A program made the translations under genes and the position numbers. 39,235 nucleotides of DNA, from positions 1 to 39,235 of IMG/VR virus record IMGVR_UViG_3300037195_001281. One strand, given 5' to 3'. The notes beneath the pieces are model-generated. The model was not told the DNA's origin and did not search any database. It worked only from the letters and a program-made list of their open reading frames with translations. The DNA is from a virus (taxonomy: Duplodnaviria; Caudoviricetes). Shown here in pieces: positions 1 to 8,323 of the stretch (positions are counted from its first letter, which is position 1; the number at the start of each line of letters is the position of its first letter).

Positions 1-66
1 CCGGGAATTACGCCCACAACGCCAGCACCGGGGATGACGCCCGCAACGCCAGCACCGGGAATTACG
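1..66. repeat. Terminal direct repeat (circular-assembly overlap), identical to 39170-39235
   Basis: The first 66 nt match the last 66 nt exactly and the reading frame is continuous across the junction. Confidence 0.9.
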
Positions 67-143
67 CCCACAACGCCAGCACCGGGGATGACGCCCACAA
101 CGCCAGCACCGGGGATGACGCCCGCAACGCCAGCACCGGGGAT
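1..143 (+). repeat. 27-bp coding tandem repeat GCCAGCACCGGG(AATTAC/GATGAC)GCC(CAC/CGC)AAC = ASTG(NY/DD)A(H/R)N
   Basis: Units start at 21, 48, 75, 102 and 129; the array continues from 39136-39235. Confidence 0.95.
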
Positions 144-362
144 CGATCATCAGACCAAACCATGGGCGACAACGGCGTTAGCGCGTCTCTTGGTCGTTTC
201 TCGAAAGTAAAAGGTGCGAATGGCACGCCAATCGCGCTGGTTCACTATGACAATGACGGCAAGCCGTTGAAGTTCGTTACGGGGATCATCGGGAAACGCG
301 GCCTGAAAGCTGACACTTGGTACACGCTGACCGATGGAAAAATCACCGAAATTAAAGACTGA
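1..362 (+). CDS. 3' part of the DUF7666-like repeat protein that starts at 38791
   Basis: Open frame from codon at position 3 to the stop at 362, same frame as track ORF 162..362; ends in the family-typical GLKADTWYTLTDGKITE. Confidence 0.85.
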   Translation, partial: GNYAHNASTGDDARNASTGNYAHNASTGDDAHNASTGDDARNASTGDRSSDQTMGDNGVSASLGRFSKVKGANGTPIALVHYDNDGKPLKFVTGIIGKRGLKADTWYTLTDGKITEIKD

Positions 363-421
363 CATTCACCGCAGCGCGTCTGCGGGCGCGTTGTCATGAG
401 CGCCAGTCAAAGGAGCAAACA

Positions 422-616
422 ATGACCCGCATAAACGAACACATGATCCACCACACGCCAGAAGTCCATGACTGCGAGTGGGAGCCGGAACTGGACCCGC
501 GACGCGACGAAACGGTGAAGCTTCTCGCGATCCTTGGCCCGCTGGTTATCGGCATCACGGCATTCCTGTACGCAGGCCGCGAGATCGTCACGATTGTTTC
601 CGGGTGGCTGTCATGA
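422..616 (+). CDS. Small hypothetical membrane protein
   Basis: AAGGAG RBS; one hydrophobic segment. Confidence 0.7.
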   Translation: MTRINEHMIHHTPEVHDCEWEPELDPRRDETVKLLAILGPLVIGITAFLYAGREIVTIVSGWLS

Positions 617-735
617 TCCCGGCAACCGTAATCGCGAAATGGCGCACCGAAGCCCACGCGATCCTCAACAACCGCCAGTCCGGCGCATCCCTGCGCAAGC
701 TGGCTTGGACAACTCTGAAACGGTGGGGTGTGTGA
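613..735 (+). CDS. Hypothetical protein (40 aa)
   Basis: ATGA overlap upstream and TGATG overlap downstream. Confidence 0.55.
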   Translation: MIPATVIAKWRTEAHAILNNRQSGASLRKLAWTTLKRWGV

Positions 736-1037
736 TGGTTGAAGTTATCGCAACACGCAAAGACCTTCTTGAAGGCTTCATGTGGCCTGAACATGAGCCG
801 GTAGCGACGTGCGCATCAATGTTCGGTGGTCGGCGGGTAGGCACAACAATCCTTACGAAATCGAACGTCCGTGAATATCTCGGGGCTCCATATTTCCGCT
901 GGCGCCCGGCATATGTGAAGCACGTCAACGAAACCCGCGCACGCATGGACGGCCTTCAATGGCCGCCCTATTCCACAAATTCACCCGCCCGATCAGAAAG
1001 TGGTTGGCGCACAGAAGGATGTTTCAGTAATGAGTGA
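735..1037 (+). CDS. Hypothetical protein
   Basis: Coupled start at 735; fills the operon. Confidence 0.55.
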   Translation: MVEVIATRKDLLEGFMWPEHEPVATCASMFGGRRVGTTILTKSNVREYLGAPYFRWRPAYVKHVNETRARMDGLQWPPYSTNSPARSESGWRTEGCFSNE

Positions 1038-1416
1038 AAAATTCAAATTCGGCGATGTCATTGAGAACCAATATGCCGGCGAAAACAACCCTCACAAGAT
1101 TGGGACGTTTTTATACTCTTACCGCCGGACTGGCAGGTTAAATCCCGGAAAGTTTGCTCGACTGAGATTTGATGACGGGAAGACCGGCGACTTCTTGATT
1201 GAAGACGATTACCTGAAAAAGATCGGCAACGTCATTGACGACAAAGACATCCTCATCACTGAACTGGTTGGGGCGTTGGACGAGGCGCTTGATGATCTGA
1301 ACACGGATATCCGTTGGGCGGATGGCAGCCAGCTGGAAGGTCTGATCGAGCGCCGCACCAAGCTTGAAACCGCCCTCACCAAAGCCAAGGACCAAACCAA
1401 TGACCGAGACGCTTGA
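1030..1416 (+). CDS. Hypothetical protein
   Basis: AAGGA RBS; overlaps both neighbours. Confidence 0.7.
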   Translation: MSEKFKFGDVIENQYAGENNPHKIGTFLYSYRRTGRLNPGKFARLRFDDGKTGDFLIEDDYLKKIGNVIDDKDILITELVGALDEALDDLNTDIRWADGSQLEGLIERRTKLETALTKAKDQTNDRDA

Positions 1417-1576
1417 GAATATCATCGTATGCATATTGGCGGGCGTGGTCCTGATCGCCGGTGCGACTGTCGTGGTTTGTGGTGCCATATTCGGTCTCGT
1501 TAACCGCCATCCTTGGCCTGTGGCTGTAGTTACCATTGCATGTATTGGGCTCTATTTCGTTGGAGGAAACCAATGA
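1400..1576 (+). CDS. Small two-TM membrane protein
   Basis: AAGGA RBS; two hydrophobic stretches. Confidence 0.6.
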   Translation: MTETLENIIVCILAGVVLIAGATVVVCGAIFGLVNRHPWPVAVVTIACIGLYFVGGNQ

Positions 1577-2097
1577 ACGATAAGGGCGGCGTTGAAAAAA
1601 CCATCAGCAAAGCTCGCCAAGAATTGTCTCGCTGGGATGAGTTGCGCCGACAACTTGAAGGCATCGATGCTGACCCGGAAGAGCTTTTCGATACGCTTGA
1701 TGGTGAAACCGAGCTTACCGACGCGCTGCTTTTGATTGCGGAAGAAATTGCCGAACGCGAGGCAATGAGCACCGCTGTAGGAGGTCGTATTAAGGACCTG
1801 CAAGAGCGCAAAAGCAGGATTGATAACTCAACTGACACTTTGCGCCAGATCATCTTGGTAACGATGTCTCGGGCCGAGATCGGAAAAATCAAAGGCGACC
1901 TCTGCACGCTTTCGATCGGCAACACGAAGCCAAAGGCAGAAATCGTTGATGAGGCTTTGATCCCCGCGAAGTTCTGGAAGCCGCAAGACCCGAAGCTGGA
2001 CAAGGCTGCTCTGTCAAAAGCCATGAACGATGGTGAAGTCATCCCCGGCGTCCAGAAATCGAATGGCGGCATCAACATGATTATTCGGAGAAAGTAA
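1573..2097 (+). CDS. Siphovirus Gp157-family protein
   Basis: GGAGG RBS; coiled-coil N-terminus and C-terminal DEALIPAKFW..DK..L..G..IPGV pattern; adjacent to the recombinase. Confidence 0.8.
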   Translation: MNDKGGVEKTISKARQELSRWDELRRQLEGIDADPEELFDTLDGETELTDALLLIAEEIAEREAMSTAVGGRIKDLQERKSRIDNSTDTLRQIILVTMSRAEIGKIKGDLCTLSIGNTKPKAEIVDEALIPAKFWKPQDPKLDKAALSKAMNDGEVIPGVQKSNGGINMIIRRK

Positions 2098-2098
2098 C

Positions 2099-3031
2099 AT
2101 GAACAACGTTGTCAAAATTAACAGTAAGAATGCTGTCGCCCCGGCTGACATGAACCCTGCGCAGTTGAAGCTGGTCAAATCCACGCTGGCAAAAGACTGC
2201 AACGAAAGCGAGTTCGATCTCTTCATCGAGATGGCAAAGCGCCACGGTCTTGATCCGATCCGTCGCCAAATATATGCGATGGTCACAAACAAGGACAAAC
2301 CGGATAAGCGCCAGCTTGTTGTTGTTACCGGCATTGATGGCTATCGGGCAAAGGCCGCCCGTTGCGGTGATTATCGCCCAGATGAGAACGAGCCGGTAAT
2401 CACCTATTCCGACGCTCTCAAGGACGAGAAAACGAACCCACTCGGCATCGAGAAGGCCGTTGTCACTTGCTACAAGCAGGACAACAAAGGTGACTGGAAT
2501 AAGGTTTCCGGTGTTGCCTATTGGGATGAGTTTGCCCCGGTGACTGAGGACTGGGAATACGATCAGGCACAAGGCAAGCGGGTGCCGACCGGGCGAATGT
2601 CTCTTTCTAAAGGCAACTGGTCGAAAATGGGCCGGGTCATGATCGCCAAGTGCGCAGAAGCTCAGGCCTTGCGCAAAGGCTGGCCGGAAGAATTTGGCGG
2701 CCTCTATATCTCCGAGGAAATGGATACCGTTTCCGCGTCTGAGGCGGTTGAACAGGCAGAGATTGAGCGCCGCTTGGCAATCACCAACGGCAAGAACTCG
2801 ATTTCGATCCAATTCAAGGTTGGTGAGCCGATTGAAGCCATTCCTGTCGGCGGATTCTTTGACCGGGTCATGAACTTTGTAAACAACGCGGAAAGCCCGA
2901 CTGAAATCACCAGCTTCATGCACCAAAACAAGCAAGGCCTCAGTGAGTTTTGGGCGCTCAACAAAAGCGACGGTCTGGAACTCAAGAAGGGCATGGAAGC
3001 GCGTATCGCCAAGCTCAGCGATCAGCAATGA
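2099..3031 (+). CDS. bet: Phage ssDNA-annealing recombinase Bet (RecT/Redbeta family)
   Basis: Motifs GLDP..RQIY, GIDGYR..A, W.KM..VMIAKCAEAQALRKGWPEEFGGLY. Confidence 0.9.
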   Translation: MNNVVKINSKNAVAPADMNPAQLKLVKSTLAKDCNESEFDLFIEMAKRHGLDPIRRQIYAMVTNKDKPDKRQLVVVTGIDGYRAKAARCGDYRPDENEPVITYSDALKDEKTNPLGIEKAVVTCYKQDNKGDWNKVSGVAYWDEFAPVTEDWEYDQAQGKRVPTGRMSLSKGNWSKMGRVMIAKCAEAQALRKGWPEEFGGLYISEEMDTVSASEAVEQAEIERRLAITNGKNSISIQFKVGEPIEAIPVGGFFDRVMNFVNNAESPTEITSFMHQNKQGLSEFWALNKSDGLELKKGMEARIAKLSDQQ

Positions 3032-3246
3032 AATACACCATCCACGCCAGAAACGCGCATCAATGGGCAGTCGGCTTTATCGCCCTGCTGAATGAAGCTC
3101 AGAGCGTGGACGAGATCAACAAGTTGCGCGAAATCCACATGAACACGGCGCGGGCAGTTAAGAAAACCCGGCCTGACATCATGAACCACGTAGCGCAGCA
3201 AGTCGCAAACCGCCGCTCAATGCTGGCGCAAGCACCGGGAGAATGA
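3028..3246 (+). CDS. Hypothetical protein
   Basis: ATGA overlap with bet. Confidence 0.6.
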   Translation: MKYTIHARNAHQWAVGFIALLNEAQSVDEINKLREIHMNTARAVKKTRPDIMNHVAQQVANRRSMLAQAPGE

Positions 3247-3249
3247 AGG

Positions 3250-3459
3250 ATGGAATGGCAACCGATCAAAACAGCCCCACAGCACGGCGAATATCTCGTG
3301 CGTGGTGGGCATTGGGAGGGTGAGGTAAACGGGCCTGATTACGATGAAATCGGACCTTGGCTTGTTCAGGCATCGCCGGGCCGGTTCGTTGTTAAAGGAA
3401 CCGATGCGTATTCAGCATGGGTCAACGAACCAACAGAATGGGCAAAGGTTCCGAAATGA
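3250..3459 (+). CDS. DUF551-like phage protein
   Basis: MEWQPIKTAP start and PTEW end. Confidence 0.7.
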   Translation: MEWQPIKTAPQHGEYLVRGGHWEGEVNGPDYDEIGPWLVQASPGRFVVKGTDAYSAWVNEPTEWAKVPK

Positions 3460-3785
3460 TCCCCAAAACCCGCAAGCACAACCGGATCAAACCGCGCCGA
3501 TCTGCACCAATGACCGCGCAAGAAAAGCGCCACGCTGACCGGATCGCGCAAATGTTCTGCCTGTGCTGCGGGACCAAGCCCGTCGAGCTTCACCACGAAA
3601 AGGAACCGTGTGGAGGCCGCCGGGATCACAGATACATCGCCCCGCTTTGTTCTGTATGCCACAGGACCGGGGAACATGCCCGCCACGCTATCGGACGGGA
3701 TTCATTCAACGCCCTGCTCGGCTTTAACCTTCGGGAATGGTGCGAACAGGAGTGGAGCAAGTCGGAGGAGTTAGAGGATGTCTAA
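3456..3785 (+). CDS. Ref/DUF968-like HNH-type nuclease
   Basis: CxxC...ELHH...PLCxxCHR...H motif set. Confidence 0.7.
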   Translation: MIPKTRKHNRIKPRRSAPMTAQEKRHADRIAQMFCLCCGTKPVELHHEKEPCGGRRDHRYIAPLCSVCHRTGEHARHAIGRDSFNALLGFNLREWCEQEWSKSEELEDV

Positions 3786-3924
3786 TTATTTCATCTGCCC
3801 GTTCGCGATGTCATCAGGGTCAATCGCATCTGTCTACTTTTTGAGTACGTCGCCAATGGTCGCCGCAGGCGTGACCCTCGGTTCAATCATGACGGCTGGC
3901 ATCTTGTGGGTGTTCAATGAGTAG
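3778..3924 (+). CDS. Small hydrophobic protein (48 aa, not in ORF track)
   Basis: MSNYFICPFA...GILWVFNE; GGAG RBS; fills the gap between the nuclease and ninB. Confidence 0.45.
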   Translation: MSNYFICPFAMSSGSIASVYFLSTSPMVAAGVTLGSIMTAGILWVFNE

Positions 3925-4384
3925 AACCGTCATCCTCCGCAACGAACTGAACCGCGATTTCGCAATCAGCCAGATCCGCCAGCTTCCACTGGACCCGAAA
4001 AAGCCGGTCGAAATCATCATGCGGGCATACAAGAAAAAACGGTCCCTGCCCCAGAACAGTCGATACCACAAGCTGGTGGCGATGATCAGCGATGAAACGG
4101 GCTATTCCGTCGATGACGTGAAACGCATGTGCAAGGAAAAGTTCCTGCTCGGCATCCTGCTGGTCGATGGTCACGAGGAAACCACACAGAAGCACCTTGC
4201 GATCATGGCCCTGCGTGATGCCGGCATGTCGAAAGAGGCCGCAATGTTCCTCAACGATCTTTACGACCGGATCAGCTCAACATGGCTCAACACCGCACAG
4301 ATGGCGGACTATCAGACCAAAATCGAAACATGGGCGCGAGAGGAAATTGGCGTCTCGCTGCCGTACCAGGAGGATGCAGCGTGA
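3917..4384 (+). CDS. ninB: NinB/Orf-family recombination protein
   Basis: KKRSLPQNSRYH and SSTWLNTAQMADY..IE.WA motifs. Confidence 0.75.
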   Translation: MSRTVILRNELNRDFAISQIRQLPLDPKKPVEIIMRAYKKKRSLPQNSRYHKLVAMISDETGYSVDDVKRMCKEKFLLGILLVDGHEETTQKHLAIMALRDAGMSKEAAMFLNDLYDRISSTWLNTAQMADYQTKIETWAREEIGVSLPYQEDAA

Positions 4385-4725
4385 GTGATTTTAGAATAGC
4401 GCAACGGCGACTAAAGGCGTTTTGCAATGCGTCCGGTTTTGCTGAAGATGACATCATCATGTCGCATAGCGCTTACAACGAAAACCTAACCGTCAAAGGT
4501 AAGGTGAACTTGGTTTTTGGCGACATCAAGACATTGCTGAATAGCATTGATCTAGCCGAACAGGAAATCAACGAGTTCCAGAAGCTCAATACGGAATGCG
4601 CGAATGAAAACGAACGACTGAGGGCTGCTCTAGAGGAAATTGACAGTGCAAGCCAGCCAGAACAAGGGCTGATGGCATGGGTTCACGACAGAACGCAAAA
4701 GGCCCTGAAAGGCGGTAAATCATGA
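4381..4725 (+). CDS. Hypothetical coiled-coil protein
   Basis: GTG start overlapping the ninB stop; GGAGG RBS. Confidence 0.65.
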   Translation: MSDFRIAQRRLKAFCNASGFAEDDIIMSHSAYNENLTVKGKVNLVFGDIKTLLNSIDLAEQEINEFQKLNTECANENERLRAALEEIDSASQPEQGLMAWVHDRTQKALKGGKS

Positions 4726-4907
4726 TCCTCATCAAATCCCCTAACAGAACAGCCGCCGACCTGCATATGGTCCTTGATCATGGATGGTCCCGCGCAACGG
4801 TAAACGGTTATCGCGGTTGGCGCAGCCCGGACGGTAAAGAGGCAATCTTTGCCGCGAATGACCGGATTGAGAAATTGGATTTTGAGCGTGTGGAGGTGGT
4901 GTCGTGA
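4722..4907 (+). CDS. Hypothetical protein
   Basis: 4-nt overlaps on both sides. Confidence 0.6.
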   Translation: MILIKSPNRTAADLHMVLDHGWSRATVNGYRGWRSPDGKEAIFAANDRIEKLDFERVEVVS

Positions 4908-5320
4908 AAGTCAAGGTATCGGATCTTGAAGGGCGGGCGCTGAATTATGCAGTTGCGTTTGTTCAGTGGGGCGAACCAAAGGCTTTCCCCACATTCTACA
5001 ATTTTGGCGATGCACCCGACACAAAGCCACTCCTCGCCGCATCTGATATCCGTGTCGGCATAGATGATTGCGAATACAACCCATCCGGCAACTGGGCGCA
5101 TGGTGGGCCGTTGATTGAGAGCGCGTGCATTTCAGTTTTTTACCACAGCCAGCCCGATATGGGCGGGAACATGTGGTACGGTGCCTGCGGTAGAAATAGC
5201 GTCCATAAATTACCAAGATGCAAAAGCCCGCTTGTGGCAGCGTGTAGGGCGTATGTCTTTTCCTGTGTTCGTGAAGAAATCGAAATCCCCGACGAACTAA
5301 TGGAGGCCAGCCATGCGTAA
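4904..5320 (+). CDS. DUF2591/NinX-like protein
   Basis: VKVSDLEGRALNYAVA...YNPSGNWAHGGPLIE...PLVAACRAYV. Confidence 0.75.
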   Translation: MKVKVSDLEGRALNYAVAFVQWGEPKAFPTFYNFGDAPDTKPLLAASDIRVGIDDCEYNPSGNWAHGGPLIESACISVFYHSQPDMGGNMWYGACGRNSVHKLPRCKSPLVAACRAYVFSCVREEIEIPDELMEASHA

Positions 5321-5552
5321 GGCAGTGGTGCCGGTTGATGGGCTCTCAGTGGGATTGAACGATGAGGTTTGGCTGAAATGCGCCACATCCGCAGGAAAGG
5401 CCTTCATTGACGGGGGAGGAGGCAAACTCACCAAGGAAGATATCGAAACGCTCGTTCGTGTCTACGAGGAATTCCGGTCCGACATTTGGAAAGGCAAATC
5501 GGAATGCATGGTTCTGGCGGTTACGTCGATCGGTTTGGAGGTGGAGGGCTGA
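5313..5552 (+). CDS. Hypothetical protein
   Basis: GGAGG RBS. Confidence 0.65.
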   Translation: MRKAVVPVDGLSVGLNDEVWLKCATSAGKAFIDGGGGKLTKEDIETLVRVYEEFRSDIWKGKSECMVLAVTSIGLEVEG

Positions 5553-5852
5553 ATGAATTTGACTGTAACAGACATTGCAAAAGACATTCAAGTCAGTGAC
5601 CGAACTGTAAGAGACTGGATTGTGCGGGGGCTGATTCGTGCTGTAAGATTGCCCGGAGGCGGTTACAGGGTGAGACAAGAAGAATGGGAAAGGGTTAAGA
5701 CGTCATGGGAAAACGAGGAACAGGAACGCACCTCTGGCGACATCCAAACGGGACATTTTATGTCACATGGACCGAAAAAGGCAAATCGCGACGGGTTTCA
5801 ACTGGCTCAAAAGCACCTGACCAAGCAGAAAGATTCCTTGCTCAATGGATAG
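5553..5852 (+). CDS. xis: Excisionase (HTH_17/MerR-like)
   Basis: LTVTDIA..IQVSDRTVRDWI..G.I.AVRLPGGGYRV; directly upstream of and overlapping the integrase. Confidence 0.8.
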   Translation: MNLTVTDIAKDIQVSDRTVRDWIVRGLIRAVRLPGGGYRVRQEEWERVKTSWENEEQERTSGDIQTGHFMSHGPKKANRDGFQLAQKHLTKQKDSLLNG

Positions 5853-6700
5853 CTGGCGAGATGTCTCTTGTTGCGTCATCGACCCCGACGATAGGCGAGT
5901 TGATACCGCTATATCTTGATGCCCGACAAGACCGACGCTCCTTTTCTTCGATCAGAGCGGCCTGCAAGAAAATAGACAAGCATTTCGGGCATCTGGAACC
6001 ACGGCACATAACGCAATCATTAGTTAATGGCTATGCAACGACGCACAATCACAATTCCGGCAGCACGATAGCAACAGACATTATCTATTTGCGGGCAATA
6101 GTGAATTGGGCGATCAGGAACAAGATAGTCGATATTACGGCAAAGATACTTGTTGAAATGCCGGTGAGAAGATCACCACCCCGTGAGAGATGGCTAACGA
6201 AAGACGAGGCAAGGCGGCTTATAGAAGCCGCTACAGCAGCACATGTTAAGCTATTTCTGCGTGTTGGGTTCGCGACAGGGCATAGAAGCAGGGCGATCCT
6301 TGATCTTAAATGGGACCAAGTGAATTTTGACACCCGCAAGATCGACTTCGGCGAAGGATGGGGGAACAAGCGACGTGCGCTTGTCGCTATCAATGAGGGC
6401 TTGTTGCCACATCTGAAAGAAGCCTACGACAATCGCTGCTGCCAGTATGTCATAGAATATGGCGGCCACCATATCACTGATGTGAGAACCGGAATAAGGG
6501 CAGCGTGCAAACGTGCCGGAATAGAGGTTATAACACCACACGTTATGAGGCACAGCGCCGCAACATGGATGGCGGAAAGTGGTGTTCCGATTGAAGATGC
6601 CTGCACATTTCTTGCGATGACGCCAACCACATTCAGAAAGGTTTATGCCAAGCACAACCCCAATCATCTTTCTGAGGCTGCGGGCGCACTTAATATATAA
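5705..6700 (+). CDS. int: Tyrosine integrase
   Basis: TGHR (R), NKRR (K), HVMRHS (HxxR), KVY (Y); the usual LGH position reads LAM. Confidence 0.9.
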   Translation: MGKRGTGTHLWRHPNGTFYVTWTEKGKSRRVSTGSKAPDQAERFLAQWIAGEMSLVASSTPTIGELIPLYLDARQDRRSFSSIRAACKKIDKHFGHLEPRHITQSLVNGYATTHNHNSGSTIATDIIYLRAIVNWAIRNKIVDITAKILVEMPVRRSPPRERWLTKDEARRLIEAATAAHVKLFLRVGFATGHRSRAILDLKWDQVNFDTRKIDFGEGWGNKRRALVAINEGLLPHLKEAYDNRCCQYVIEYGGHHITDVRTGIRAACKRAGIEVITPHVMRHSAATWMAESGVPIEDACTFLAMTPTTFRKVYAKHNPNHLSEAAGALNI

Positions 6701-6913
6701 TCTTACAAAATACGAAACGTGCCTGAACTTTGTCTTTCACTGTAAGAAAACCAGAGAATATCTATGCCGCAAACCACCACAAATGCCAGCTAAACTGCCA
6801 ACTATTGCTAGTATTTCCCGCAGGAGCATAATATTATTGAAACTATGAGCTGTCTTTGTTTTCTGCGTATTTCAATGGATATATTTCTTACACCTGTAAG
6901 AATGGTTATTTTT

Positions 6914-6928
6914 GTTCTTTAATTGTTC
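6914..6928. promoter_or_regulatory. Alphaproteobacterial LexA box GTTC-N7-GTTC
   Basis: GTTC TTTAATT GTTC in intergenic DNA. Confidence 0.5.
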
Positions 6929-7063
6929 TTGTTTGTGCAGGGGTTAGGTCGGAGAAAGTGAGAAGAGTATTCTTACACCTCCCGACACGCGGATTATGAT
7001 TCCGAGATTGCTTTAATGATTTCAGTGCATTGGTTGGAAAACTTTCGCCGCTTCGACCGATAG

Positions 7064-7076
7064 AATCAATGGCTTA
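7064..7076 (+). promoter_or_regulatory. IHF binding site
   Basis: AATCAATGGCTTA is an exact match to WATCAANNNNTTR, within the att region. Confidence 0.55.
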
Positions 7077-7094
7077 TGGCGGAAATGGAAAACT

Positions 7095-7391
7095 TTGGAG
7101 GGTGGTATGCTGTTTGGTGAAAGGACAACAACTATAGAATGGAAAGTCCGCGACATAACCACTCGAACGGTACTTGCTGTGTTCGAGGTTCCATTCGAGG
7201 AAAGAGGTCATGCGGGCGATTTCATCATGCGCCTTCGCGGCTGCCCTAGAAAGATCGCCAATCTCGCTATGGCCCGTGAATGTCGAGACGGACACATCGA
7301 CAGTGAAGGCGTTCTTGCACATGGCTATATTACCGACAAAGGAAAGCGCAAACTGGATGATCTATGCGCCAGCGCACAGGAGGGTGAGTGA
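7095..7391 (+). CDS. Hypothetical protein (start probably ATG 7107)
   Basis: GGAGGG RBS before ATG; first gene of a + strand cluster beyond att. Confidence 0.6.
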   Translation: MEGGMLFGERTTTIEWKVRDITTRTVLAVFEVPFEERGHAGDFIMRLRGCPRKIANLAMARECRDGHIDSEGVLAHGYITDKGKRKLDDLCASAQEGE

Positions 7392-7594
7392 TGGATGACT
7401 TCATCGCAACTTGCGACCATATCGCAGAAGATAAGTTACTGCTGAGGAAGCGACTAGATTGGGATCAAATCGAGGTCGAAAACAAGGCGTGCGATATAAC
7501 GACTTGCAATATACTTTCCGAATATGACGCAGAACGCCTCTACGAATGGCTGGGCCAAGCCCTTGGCAAGCACCCTGCTGGCGTGAAAGGATGA
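7388..7594 (+). CDS. Hypothetical protein
   Basis: Coupled overlap; GGAGG RBS. Confidence 0.6.
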   Translation: MMDDFIATCDHIAEDKLLLRKRLDWDQIEVENKACDITTCNILSEYDAERLYEWLGQALGKHPAGVKG

Positions 7595-7716
7595 ATGATG
7601 ATCAAGTCTCGACGCAAATTTCTGCAAAAGCGCGATCACGGACGATATGCTTCATCGAATAGTGAGAATATAGCGATACTAAAACTGCTACACGAAATGA
7701 AGATGGAGCACCCGCT

Positions 7717-8130
7717 ATGTGCTGGAAGGCCTGTTTTATCATCTTTCTCGCAGCTAGTTCCCATGTCAAAGCCGAATGCTACAACTGGCCCCTATCCGGT
7801 GAACCATACGACGGTGACACGTTCGCTGTGATTGCGCCGGGGCTACCTGACGAACTGGCGCGAGTGTCCGTGAGGGTGCGCGGGGTTGATGCTCCCGAGA
7901 TTAAAGGCGTGTGTGTGGCTGAGAAAGAGGTGGCAATCAGGGCGCGTGATTATGCCAAGGAATGGCTTTCAGGCGGCTATGAGATTTGCGGCCCGGAATG
8001 GGGAAAATACGGCGGTCGCGTCGTAGCTGATGTTGTCCAGGAATCCCGCAATCTCGCGCAAGACCTCATTGTTCGCGGGCTTGGGAGGGAGTATAATGGC
8101 GGGGCAAGGAAAGGATGGTGTGATGAGTGA
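7717..8130 (+). CDS. Thermonuclease (SNase) family protein with signal peptide
   Basis: YDGDTF, VRVRGVDAPE, GKYGGRVVADV, L..GLGREY motifs. Confidence 0.85.
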   Translation: MCWKACFIIFLAASSHVKAECYNWPLSGEPYDGDTFAVIAPGLPDELARVSVRVRGVDAPEIKGVCVAEKEVAIRARDYAKEWLSGGYEICGPEWGKYGGRVVADVVQESRNLAQDLIVRGLGREYNGGARKGWCDE

Positions 8131-8323
8131 TTGGAAGAGCATCAGATCAGCACCGAAAACTGGCGAACCGATATTGACCCGAGGCGACGAACGCCTTGAG
8201 GGAGGGCATGGCGTTTTGCGATGGGGAAACTGGTGTCCTTGCCCGTATTCCGATCCTCAGATGGGATGGGTTAACAAAAACATGCAGGGACAGTTCTTCC
8301 CGACCGAATGGAAGCCACTTTAA
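8123..8323 (+). CDS. DUF551-like protein
   Basis: MSDWKSIRSAPKTG...PTEWKPL. Confidence 0.7.
   Translation: MSDWKSIRSAPKTGEPILTRGDERLEGGHGVLRWGNWCPCPYSDPQMGWVNKNMQGQFFPTEWKPL

Larger units (their letters stand above)
6700..7096. other. Putative attP region
   Basis: AT-rich non-coding gap after int; repeated TCTTACA/TGTAAGAA motifs; TGGAAAACTTT at 7035 and 7086; IHF consensus at 7064; tRNA-like segment at 6981-7004. Confidence 0.7.

Noticed and set aside
1-66. Physical terminal repeats of the virion DNA
   Set aside because: The repeat lies mid-gene inside a tandem array; assembler overlap is the simpler explanation.
1-143. CRISPR-like repeat array
   Set aside because: Units are contiguous 27-mers without unique spacers, in frame within a CDS, and no cas genes are present.
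6820-6850. dif-like site (GCATAATATTAT)
   Set aside because: No XerD arm (TTATGTTAAAT-like), and the phage has its own integrase.
7595-7831. 78-aa ORF upstream of the nuclease
   Set aside because: Overlaps the nuclease by 115 nt and has no recognisable features; may be real but cannot be supported.
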